Below, one piece after another: positions 45,725 to 55,980 of a stretch of 64,000 nt of DNA; position 1 is the first letter of the stretch; every line of letters begins with the position of its first letter. The notes beneath the pieces are model-generated. The model searched no databases and was not told where the DNA came from. It worked only from the letters and a program-made list of their open reading frames with translations. The stretch covers positions 3,038,001 to 3,102,000 of the forward strand of contig OZ361258.1 in the NCBI GenBank assembly GCA_977018835.1. The letters are read 5' to 3'. A program made the translations under genes and the position numbers. This stretch comes from Minutocellus sp. GHC0000111 (lineage: Eukaryota).

Positions 45725-46953
45725 TCGTTTTGGGGTCGGTCAATGCACATGCACCAGAGGACTTATTCTAATTCTTCGCTTAACGATAATTAATTTATCA
45801 TATAGAATTTTGCACTTGCTTAGATTCTAGTGAATGCCAAAGACGGGTCCGGTTTGAACGAAGAAGGGCTTGCCCATCGGCTGGCCCTTGGGAGCGGCGG
45901 CGGTGAGCTGCAGCTTGGCTCCGGGAGCGGCCTTGCCGAAGGATGCGGCGGTCGATGCCGATGCTGCCGCAACCTTGGGCATCTTGGCACCACCGGTGCC
46001 AAAGAGAGTAGCGACGGTGGGTCCGCCGACGAAACTGTGATGGGGTTGGGATTGGGTTTTGAAAGAAGCAGACGGATATTTATTTGGTGAGATGAAAATT
46101 GCAGTTTGATCCAAAAGTGGGCCAGCCAGGGCAAGAAGGGACGATGGACGAAAATTTTCCGACATGCACAGTTCATCGGTGTTGTGGACAAGAAGATGAT
46201 CGCACTGGGCGGGCCAAGACGGTACTTCTCTGCCGTCTTCGAGTCTCTCGGCCGACTTCCGACCACACTTGCATCTGTGGAAAGGCGGTTCAGGCTCTTC
46301 CATTGTTTTTATTCAGCCAATCCTTCTAGCTAGGACAGAACCCCTTTATATTTTCGATGTGTTGTAACTTTCGTCCTTTTCGCCTTGCTCGTCCACACAA
46401 GGGCATCCACATGGGCATCCAAATCGATGGCGCCACTTTTCCTGGTGGCTTTTGTGCCACATTTATTTTCGAGGGACCAGCGGTAAGCGATATACCCTCT
46501 CTCGCTTCAACTCATACCACACCAAAAGAAAATTGACAGACACATCGATATCAACAAGTATTGCCCATGGCAGAACAGCGAGAACATATTGCATTGTCCT
46601 TCCAGTTCCACACTTCCTCTCTCAACGCCGATTGACCGTGGTCCACCCCCTTCACTGATCATCCACCCGTTGGCGTGCCCGTCGCTCGGGCACCGCGCGC
46701 CTCACACTACGGCGCATCTCTCAATAACCCCACACGGATTATGCATGAACTTACCCCGCCGACTTCTTGGCAAACAGTACACGGGCGGCCGTCATCTTGG
46801 AGAGGTCTTCCTCTTCGCTATGGGCTGGAAAACGAAAAGAACGGATGCGGTTGACGGAAAGACCGAATAAAACTATGCATGACGTCGAAAGGAACCCTCA
46901 AAAGTACCTCCAACCCATTTAGCTCATAAAATCTCCATCCGCATCCAACCAAG

Positions 46954-48839
46954 ATGGGCTTCTTCCGCGAACGCCGCCGGGCCCGGGCCGAGGCCGCCCG
47001 GGAGGAGCAGCAGCGCCTTACCGACGAAACATCGTCCCACGGCCAGGACGCCATGATGTCCGAGGAGGCTGCCCTGGCCGCCGAGGCCCGTCGAATGATG
47101 CTCGGCGATGATGCTGACGACGACGCTGAAAATTTGCCCGATTCTACCAGCTCATCCGATCCCACCACCGCCCTGTCGGCCGACCAGGAGCAGAAGGTCA
47201 TGGCGCTGCATTATCACTTTGACGCCGATCGAGACGGATATTTGTCCTATAACGAGCTGCAGAACCTCCAGCAAACGACGAGCGGTGCCGCCATGTCCGT
47301 CCACGAGTACACCATGATCTGCCACGCTCTCAATTGCGAGCCCCGAAAGGGCATCAGTTTGGATGCCCTCAGGATTACTTATGCGTCGGTCCAGGGGGAG
47401 GGCGGGGAGGCCAATCTGGACATGGATTACGACAACGTGTTTGGGAGGGGTGGGGCCACTGGACCAAATGTGCCCCCGCCGGGATATTATGCCAATGTCC
47501 AGTCGTCTTCGGCCAGTGCAGAAGAAGCAGCACATGCAAGATCCTATGACCATCAGTTGAGCAGCGTCACCGAGGAGTCCGATATGGAAGGTTCCACGGA
47601 AGACGAACAGGCGGAGATACCTGTGGAGGTCGACGCGCCGCGGTTGGAGATGGGCGATCACGTGTTCCGCCGTCGGGCGGCGGGACTGGCCCAGATTCAC
47701 GCCATTGTGGTGTCCATGGCACCCGGCGACGACGGTCCGTTGCTGCTGGCCGACTTTACCGGGCAGAATGTGGTGGGAGAAGATGACGACGATGACGAAG
47801 AAGACGGCGAAGAAAACCATAAAGACACACAAAACAATGATAACGACGAGCAAAACGAAGCAAAGAAAAAGGCTGCGGCTGCGGAAGAACAACCGCCGGA
47901 TCCTACCGTCGAGAGAGTTCGAATAATCTGCATCGAGGGCAAGAAGAACATACGCAAATGGAAGAAGGTTCGGTATGGTGGGTCCAGATTCGGCGGCTGG
48001 TTCAAGCGCAAGAGCAAGGATAGCGGAAAGGACAATGGTAAGACGCCCGAGACTCCCAAACGAAGCAAGTCGACCGTAGATGAGAAATCAGATGTGACTT
48101 TAGATGAATCATCCTCGGAGTACGACCCAATCAAATCGACAAATCCAACCGCTGCCGAGGACGATGGAAGGAAAGTACCGATACAACAACAGACGCCCAA
48201 GGCAAAAGAAGCAAAGAACAAGGGAAAAGACGACGATCTGCCCGAGACCGATCCCGGGACATTGGTCGTGGAGCGAGTGAACTTTTTGTTGGAGAATCAA
48301 AGCCTCATCCCACCATGGCACGCCTTGAAATCCAACAGCGAATGTCTAGCGGTTTGGTGCAAAACTGGAAGATGGTCTACTTATCAGGTTTCGGGTTATC
48401 TCAATACAATTTTCATGGGCCAAGCCAAGACAGCTGCTACGGTTGCGGCTGCCGCGTCGAGTGCTACCGTTACGGTAAGATTGCTTTGCGTGTGTGTGTG
48501 TGTGTGTGTGTGGAAGAGGTACATGGCATATATCATGTCTGACCTCTTTGGTCTTCCTCTGGTTGTAAATCTTAGGTGCCAGCTGCGGGATACATGGGAT
48601 GGCTAGGATTTACTACCCAGGTGTCCCTTCTGGCTCTTCATCCGTGGCTGATCCCTGCCATCGCCGGATATGGTATCGCTTCGATCGGCGTACCAATGTA
48701 TATCCTCAAGAGATGTGGCAAACAATGGGCCAAAACAACAATTGATCTTAATAACGAGTTTTGGAGCCGGGCTCCACCGGATGTTTACGTAGATTGCATC
48801 CGCAAGTGGGCAGGTTTGGACGACGAGGAAAATGATTAG
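46954..48839 (+). CDS. EF-hand + LRAT/NC (permuted papain-like) domain protein; exons 46954-48474 and 48576-48839
   Basis: FDADRDGYLSYNE EF-hand; GDHV..IHAIVV and VVERVNFLL..WH.LKSNSECLAVWCKTG LRAT motifs; phase-0 GT-AG intron 48475-48575; C-terminal hydrophobic segment. Confidence 0.8.
48490..48512. repeat. (GT)11 microsatellite in an intron
   Basis: Read directly. Confidence 0.9.
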
Positions 48840-48955
48840 CTACACCGGCATTTACTAACGTCTAGTAATTAAATCTGAAACATACACTTTTAGAATAAAT
48901 TATCAGGCTCAGCCTCTGGTAGAAAGACGGGTGCTTTGTTGGCTGCTACCTGCTC

Positions 48956-50800
48956 CTAGCCGCTCTTTTTCGCAAGCTTCTCTTTCTCGAGACGGATTCG
49001 GCGACACAAATTATTCTTCCTCTGTGCAAGTGTTGTGCCATCTAGATCGACCATGCCGTCCTTGACGGACGGGTCATCCTTGAAGACGAAGCCACCAATC
49101 ACCAGAGCGTCGTACAGCGGTAACTTCGGATCGTCCATCTTAGCCTCGACGGCTTTTTGCATCCTGGGGTCGACATATTTGCCGCGGGGCGGACCCCGAA
49201 TGAGATCCTCCTGCTGTTTCTTGCTAGGCTTGGTCTGGCGTTTCTTTCCCTTGGGCTTCTTGCCGTTCTTGGAGTCCAATGACGACGACGCAGAAGATGC
49301 CTTGGCGGAAGCCGGTTTTGTTAATTTCTTTGATTTGGATCGGGCTGTTTTCTTTGACGCAGACCTACGGCGTTGTTTGGAAGCCAAACCCTGGGCAGAG
49401 TTCGTCGAGCTATCCACATTTGAATGGCCCGTCATATCGGAGGCGACGGATATTTGCCTCATGTTACTGGTAGCGGTGCCAAACCCGGCGGATTGTATTT
49501 GGAGCATGAGGCGACGGTTCTCGACGGCCATGCGATCCAAAACCCATTGGTTCATGTCGTAGTGTAAGTCACCGCTGAGAGAGTCGGGAACTCGATCCCG
49601 CGGCAGGCAGAAGCCGTCCAATTCGCGCAGTACCTTTTCGGTATCGCCGTAGTGTATTTTGAGGCGCAGCCGGATTTCTTTGGGCATGAAGATTTTGACC
49701 ACCGGCAAGAACATGTAGAACATGAATTTGGTCGGGTGACAGATGTGCGAGGCACGGGTACGGATGGGATAGACATTCTCGAGGAGGACAATGTGCTGAC
49801 GGGTCAGTGCTCGGTTGGTCTGATGTTGTTGCACATTCTCCGCATTGTAAATTGCCACGTATCCCTTTCGTCGAAGGTCATCGTCCTCACACATAGTTTC
49901 GAGCATGTACATCATGGCCCGCACCTCCTGCTCAGGGGAGTACTTGGTGAAGTCCCTCCGGCTCGTTTCGCCATAGAGGATGGCCCGGCCGGCGGCATCG
50001 GTCACCGGTAGACGTCGCCATATGGGAAAATTGATCATTGGCACGACTTCGTCCTTCATGGCGCCCGCCAGGGTCATGGGAAGGAAGGCTCGGTCGGGCC
50101 CGAATGCTGACAGGCGCTCCTCCCAGTACTTGCATATGCGGACGGCAGCCTCTTTGACGGATCCATTGTCAAACTCCACAAATGCCATCTTCCGGCGATC
50201 ACTGACCTCATCGGGACACTGACGCTGGGCTCGGCGATAGGACTTCGTCTGACTGATCGGGAGGGCCGCAATCTCCTGCTCCAGACGATGCAGCGTCGTG
50301 GCCCACCCGTCCTGGCCGGATCCAACCTTGGATGGTCCTTCACTGGTCATGTCGCCCTGGTATCCAAACGACGCATGGTCCAGTATTCCCGCGGCAATTC
50401 CACCCATATCACTGACATTACCAGCTGCAGCCGACGATGCCCTGACGGCCAGGTTGGAAACCCCCGTGGTAATCCCCAGCAAGTCGGACTGGATGGCCAT
50501 GCGCTCCTGCAACGTCAGAGAGTCCAGCTCCCGCTGTTCGTCCTGGGGAGTAAAGGCCTGCGCCTCGGCCAGTACCTCCGGGACGGCACCGGCCTGCGGC
50601 AAGGGGGGAATTTCCTCCATGTCAGCGGTAGCGGTGGCATCAACATCACCGTTGCTGTCCATTTGCGTCTCTTCGTCGATTATGTCGTCGATTGAGGCCG
50701 TAGTGGCCGCAAGCTGCGCATCTATCTCTTCGATGGACGGGCTGCTATTATTGTAATTCATCCTCACGCTGTTGATATTGTTGGAACCCGCTGCTTGCAT
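48956..50800 (-). CDS. CRAL-TRIO-like lipid-binding domain protein with a basic C-terminal domain
   Basis: F...AA.RICKYW..R..FG, D.AGRAIL, P.R....HIC, LRLKIH.G, P.SL.G pattern; basic tail ending RKNNLCRRIR. Start uncertain. Confidence 0.7.
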   Translation of the reverse strand: MQAAGSNNINSVRMNYNNSSPSIEEIDAQLAATTASIDDIIDEETQMDSNGDVDATATADMEEIPPLPQAGAVPEVLAEAQAFTPQDEQRELDSLTLQERMAIQSDLLGITTGVSNLAVRASSAAAGNVSDMGGIAAGILDHASFGYQGDMTSEGPSKVGSGQDGWATTLHRLEQEIAALPISQTKSYRRAQRQCPDEVSDRRKMAFVEFDNGSVKEAAVRICKYWEERLSAFGPDRAFLPMTLAGAMKDEVVPMINFPIWRRLPVTDAAGRAILYGETSRRDFTKYSPEQEVRAMMYMLETMCEDDDLRRKGYVAIYNAENVQQHQTNRALTRQHIVLLENVYPIRTRASHICHPTKFMFYMFLPVVKIFMPKEIRLRLKIHYGDTEKVLRELDGFCLPRDRVPDSLSGDLHYDMNQWVLDRMAVENRRLMLQIQSAGFGTATSNMRQISVASDMTGHSNVDSSTNSAQGLASKQRRRSASKKTARSKSKKLTKPASAKASSASSSLDSKNGKKPKGKKRQTKPSKKQQEDLIRGPPRGKYVDPRMQKAVEAKMDDPKLPLYDALVIGGFVFKDDPSVKDGMVDLDGTTLAQRKNNLCRRIRLEKEKLAKKSG

Positions 50801-51862
50801 TACGTTTTTCTTCGAGAGATGAGTTGAGCTACCTCTTTTTTCAGGTATGTTGTGCTGTTTTTTTCCCACGCCAACGAGTCAATAATAATAAATACTGGCA
50901 AAAGGTCAACAAATTATTGTTTGTGGCCGGTAGCGATGCCGACTATTAAAAAAAACGGTAGCGGTAGCTCCAAACAGGCCGGTCGGGAGCAGAGAAAGTG
51001 CAAGGCCGGCAAGTTAAGTTGAAGCACCAGGCCGGCCGGTCGGGAGCAAAAGAAATGCTTTGTGGCCTACCGGGAAGGCGGAGTATGAAAAGTGCAAGGT
51101 CGGCAAGTTGAAGAAGACCAACTTCAACGAATGTCCCCGGTGATGAATCTCTCTCTACTAGTATGAATTCGCTACCAATTGGTATGCTGCATGATCTGCT
51201 CAATGATCCTTCATGATCAGCCCGGTCGGTCTCGATCAATCAGAAATTCAAAATTTCGCTACGTATGTAGCTCTCTACTAGTAGTAGCTAGCTAGAGGCC
51301 GACTTTCAATTCCCACGTGGCACGAATCGCCGCCGCCAATTGGTACATAAAGAGTGGTTGAAGCGTCCCGCCAGGCCAAGTATTGATGGTAGCGGCGGCT
51401 ACTTGTAGGCCAACTTTCTTTTTTTGTGTGGTATTGGGTGGGTGGTGTGTGATGGTGCTGTGTGATGGTCGTGTCCGCGTGTGTCATGTTGTGTCCGTCG
51501 AGGACTGCGTCAGTCAAACATCTGCGTCAAATCGAAAGCATGGTAGGAACACAAGTTTCTCGCGTTTTCGGGTGTTTGGTTTTGTCTTTTGTGAATGCCG
51601 AACTGCCGATCAAAAAGCTCCCCACAAGATGGTGCTTTGCGCTTGGCCGCAGAGTTGAGAGGGGCCGGCCGATGTATCAATGCCGCTTCAATAGGTGGCA
51701 TCTCGAAAACGCGAACCAGTAGGGACATGGAACATTCGAAAGCATTCCGATGGCATCGTGCACAGAATTGCGGCGCGAGCTTTATTACAAGGCTCACTTT
51801 TCCTACTTTGGCATCTTCGTCAACACATTCTCGTCGCGTCATGCAAAGAAAGCATTTTACCG

Positions 51863-52711
51863 ATAACATATCAATTCAAGCTTTTCATCGCCATCGCCAC
51901 TGCGCTCTTCGTTGCCCCTCGTTCCGTCGTCTCAGGACCTGCCGTCTGTAAGAAGCAATGTGTTGCCCCTCGTTCCGTCGTCTCAGGACCTGCCGTCTGT
52001 ATGAAGCAATGTGACTTCCCTGGAATCGACGCCCAATTCCAGCAGATCATCAGCGGAAATGGTGCCAACGCACTCAACACGTTCAAGTACGGAAAGTATT
52101 GCGGCGCGAGTAATTTCGACCCTACAGGAAGCGCTCCCCGCAACCCCATCGATGCAGCCTGCCAGGCACATGACGCTTGCTATGCTGCAGATGACATCAA
52201 TACCTCCAATCCTTTCACACAGGAGCGTCTGGACTGCAACGATGAATTCATCCTTGAACTTGTTGACGCAATTGATACCGGATCTGATGCTTGCGATGAA
52301 ACCGGTGCAGAGGGAGAGGGCCTGCTTTGCGACGATAACATATGCGAGTATGAAGAAATCGGACAAAATATCATTTGCATCTTTTGTGGAATTTACCTCG
52401 AAGATCTTTTGACTCCTTTTGTCGCAACCAGTGATGGCGGTGCCCTTGCGGCCTGCCTCGGTGACAGTATTGCAACCGCCTTTATCCAACTCAGGAGTGG
52501 GTTTCCTTTGGCCTCCTACAAGGAAAACGCTGACTTTCACATCGACGAAACCTATCTTTCGAGCGGTTACCTTCTTCCAACCGTCTCAGATATCCTGGCT
52601 GACGCCTCCCCTCCTTTGACCCTTCTCCTCCCGGGTGCTACTGCCAATTGTTGCACTGAAGAAGATAAAAAGGACGAGTCAAATGACTTTTGTTACATTT
52701 CACAGCCTTGA
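51863..52711 (+). CDS. Secreted phospholipase A2-like protein; no in-frame ATG before the signal peptide
   Basis: YGKYCG Ca-binding loop and IDAACQAHDACY catalytic His-Asp motif; signal-like FKLFIAIATALFVA. Confidence 0.75.
   Translation: MTYQFKLFIAIATALFVAPRSVVSGPAVCKKQCVAPRSVVSGPAVCMKQCDFPGIDAQFQQIISGNGANALNTFKYGKYCGASNFDPTGSAPRNPIDAACQAHDACYAADDINTSNPFTQERLDCNDEFILELVDAIDTGSDACDETGAEGEGLLCDDNICEYEEIGQNIICIFCGIYLEDLLTPFVATSDGGALAACLGDSIATAFIQLRSGFPLASYKENADFHIDETYLSSGYLLPTVSDILADASPPLTLLLPGATANCCTEEDKKDESNDFCYISQP
51911..52012. repeat. 2 x 51 bp in-frame tandem duplication (1 mismatch)
   Basis: 51911-51961 versus 51962-52012, encoding VAPRSVVSGPAVC(K/M)KQC twice. Confidence 0.92.
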
Positions 52712-52890
52712 ACAGCTTGTTGTTTGTGACGGTATGCACACACATGGCCCTAACTGCAATTCAATTTAAAAATTTGTTGTGCTAAATTTAGAGAAAGAAA
52801 ACAACGTTTAGTGTATATATATATTTGTACGTACGTGCGCAGTAGCAGGAAGAAAAGGCGTGAAGAGAATTGAAGAGTTCGCACTACATA

Positions 52891-53781
52891 TTAGGTCCTT
52901 TCTTCCTTCATCTCCCTCCTCTTCTTCTCCTTGTACTTTTTAATGAGCTCGGCCTTCTTCTTCTCCCAATTGGGCTTGTCAGTGATCTTGATCTCATCCG
53001 GCCAACCTATGTATGGCAATTCCGACCAATCCCTAACTGGCAGCAGTCGAACAATATTTGGATCCACCGTCATGCTCACTTTTCTAATAAAGAGAGCACC
53101 GCTGTCAATAATTTTGGCCAAATCGTATACTCCCAAAAAGTATGGTCCCCAAACGCGTGGCTTTTCGGCCAGCGATGACTCTGGCACATCGTAGCGCTGA
53201 TCTTCAGGATAAAGACCAAAAGCAGTGGGGTAATGTTCGTCCATTCGCTCATATCTTGTTGCATAAATTTTCGGAAAGGATGCCACGTTGCCTCGGCTCA
53301 ATAACTTGGGTAAAGTCTCATTGAAGGGCGCCATATGCATGAGCAGAGTCGAAACAAACGTTTCATCGCTCATGAGTCGATCGGTATCCAAAAACTCATC
53401 TCGATACACACTGGGCAACGAATCTTCCCTCTTTAGACTTTTGGCCAACCACTCCACAAAGTCTGGCTGCAGTGACATCCACTGGCTGCCAAAATACGTG
53501 TCCATCTTTTGACTTCGTTCTTTGCCCTCATCGTCCACATAGTCCAATATCGATGCACCAACGTACTCCCCGTCAATGTCGTGGGTATAGTGAGCTCGCT
53601 TATGCCATTCCGATGGGAACTCCCAAACGCTCGTTGGGTGCAATCCCGTCTCACATGCCGCAGCAGTGACAAAGTTGATCCCCCGCAACGGACCGACCAG
53701 CGGATCGAACAATTCCGCCATGCGGTCCGGCGTCAATACTGGCATGGTATCACCACTCAAGTTCATAAACATCCCAATTTT
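52891..53781 (-). pseudogene. 3' part of a GT14 (core-2/I-branching, xylosyltransferase-like) glycosyltransferase; 5' exons absent
   Basis: FMNLSGD..P, NFV, YFGSQW, DETF..TLL, GALFIRKV GT14 motifs. Preceded by a polypyrimidine-CAG acceptor at 53784-53782, then transposon sequence. Confidence 0.7.
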
Positions 53782-53789
53782 CTGTGTGA

Positions 53790-55860
53790 CGGAAAATGAC
53801 AAAAAAGAAAGTGTATTGCGATTGCTCGGCACGCGTACGCGTCGGCCGGTCACTTTGTCAATTTTCGGGAGCTTGCGGGAATTTGGCGAAAAGGTGTGTT
53901 TTGGGAGTCCCACGAAACATTTTGTGATTTTCGACCTCGCAGACATGTTTCGCCTTGACGTAAAAGAGACGCCAATTTTGCGTAAAATTTACGTAAAGTA
54001 TACGTCAAGGAAACATCAATTTGACGCCGAGTCGACGTAAATTTTACGCAAAATTGATGCGTAAATTGATGCGTGATAAATTACACGTAAAAATCACCGA
54101 CATTATGCCGGTGCATCTGCACAAATATTTGTTAAAAGACGACATGTGCGAGATACGAACAAATAGTAATTTAATTTACGTGCACAAATGCTGATACTAG
54201 TACCAGTACACCTACCATATTCCTCCTATCTCCAGTTCTCAATCAATCATGAATCCAAATAACACAGCATGTCCTCTGTTCAATCTTTTCTCAAATCAAG
54301 CATCCGACATGCGATGTTGCTCCCAGGCGGGGCCAAGATGGCAAGAAGCGAGCAAGGAAAGAGGAGCAAGGAGGAGCGAACCAGGATGACAGCCACATGG
54401 TCATACCAAATCCACGGCCACTATGCTCTTCCCTCCAGAGGCGTGGTGGCAATGGGGCAATGAAATGCTCGGTCGCAACTATCGCTCTACATCCGAGCAG
54501 CAGTGGAGACGATGGCGGCAATCGTATGGCACTGCGTCCCCTCAAGTGATGTCCGACATTTGGGATCGGTGTGCTGCTGATGTGCCGAAGTCACGTCCAG
54601 AACACATGCTTTGGGCGATCATATTTCTCAAAAAACATATGGGACCGAATCCGATGTGTGTGACAAGGTCCGTAATAATCCAAATCGTCCTGACGAGAAG
54701 ACATTTCGACATTGGGTGTGGAAATGGATCACAAAGCGATCAGCGCCGAGTCGTCCATTATTGTGAGTTCGAACATGCATCGATTTATTTGTATGCTGTT
54801 CATTTATTTTATGCATGTATGTGTGTTTGTCTTACAAGCTATAATTATACTGCTCTTCAGATCGAGTGGGAGAACAGGAACAAAGACGATGTTGGGAACG
54901 AATGCCGCACGACTTTGGACAGTTTCGACTCTCCTATCGACGAGCCATCACCATTTTGGAGGGGGTGGTATTCGAAGAAACATGGCGGCGCGGGTCTGAG
55001 ATATGAGGTTTGCGTGTCGCTTCGCGGCGGTGATATTGTGTGGTTCAGTGGCCCCTGGGCTTGCGGTGCAAATGCGGAAATCACTACTTTTCGCAGAGGA
55101 CTGAAGCAGTGTCTCGACGAGGGAGAATGCGTTGAGTCTGATCGGGGACTGAGAGGAGAAGCATGCATCAAGACGCCATCGACGGCCAATCGTAATGCAA
55201 CTGCTCGTTCCCAAGCAAATACTGCTCGTGCGCGACAGGAGTCTGCCATTGGTCGTATAAAAACATGGCGGTGCATGAAGATTCAATTTCGTCATGGAAT
55301 TGAAAAACATGCTGATTGCGCAAGAGCATGTGCAGCCCTTGCCCAGCTCAGCATTGAGCATGGTGAGCCTTTGTTTGAGATTGATTATTATACTGAAGAT
55401 TAAGGTACCAGTAGACATGCTAGTAATGCATATTTTTAAAAATTGCGTAGATCTACCGAGTGACTTTTGCTACATGCATCATGTTGGTCTATTATACTTA
55501 TGTTGTATGCAGATGCCGGCACCGGTATGTGCACATGCATGAAAGTGCATGATGCATTGCTATTGGCGATGACTTATTTGGTGATATTCTTGGTCGTTCG
55601 CGGGGCATGCGTGTAAAGATGGCGTAGAGTCGGCGTAAAATTGGCGTCAAGTGAACATAAAATCGGCGTAAATTTTACGTAAATTTTACGCAAAGTCGAC
55701 GTGAAGGAATGTGCTCAAGTCGTGCCGATTTCTGCGAGGTCCTTCAACGCTAAATCATGCAAAATTCAGCCGATTTTCGCCATCCCGCAAATTTCCCGAA
55801 AGCTCCGGCGTTTGGCTGTGCGGTGGCGGTATTTTCTCTTTTTGTGATTGTCTCTGTTGG
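53790..55860. mobile_element. Degenerate PIF/Harbinger-like DNA transposon with long imperfect inverted repeats; exact ends uncertain
   Basis: Collinear inverted matches between ~53790-54125 and ~55500-55860 (TTCGGGA..TTGCGGGA..TGGCGAAA, GACCTCGCAGA, TTTGCGTAAAATTTACGTAAA, GCATCTGCA) flank a DDE transposase. Confidence 0.75.
54423..55403 (+). pseudogene. DDE_Tnp_4 (Harbinger/ISL2EU-like) transposase, with frameshifts at ~54630 and ~54733 and intron 54763-54860
   Basis: HMLWAIIFLK-TY, DEKTFRHWVW, LDSFD..I.EP.PF..WYS.K..GLRYEV..G.IVW..GP, SDRG, RARQE..R.K, FRH..KH motifs. Confidence 0.8.
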
Positions 55861-55980
55861 TACTAGTATACATTTTCCTAATCGTCCGGCCAGGGCCGTT
55901 CCGACCAAACTCGAAAACCAGCACAACCCAACGCAACGACTGCAACCTCCCTCATTCTTCTCGTCCATATTTCAAATATC

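Noticed and set aside
45820..46400. Short ORFs on both strands with some Cys/His residues
   Set aside because: No recognisable family or consistent frame; may be a decayed fragment but cannot be supported.
54423..55403. 326-aa uninterrupted ORF taken as an intact transposase
   Set aside because: It reads through an intron and an out-of-frame segment; the conserved TY..DEKTFRHWVW block lies in another frame.
54195..55869. 12-bp inverted repeat ATACTAGTACCA as transposon TIRs
   Set aside because: The left copy lies inside the longer inverted arms, and TACTAGTA is common in this window's spacers.
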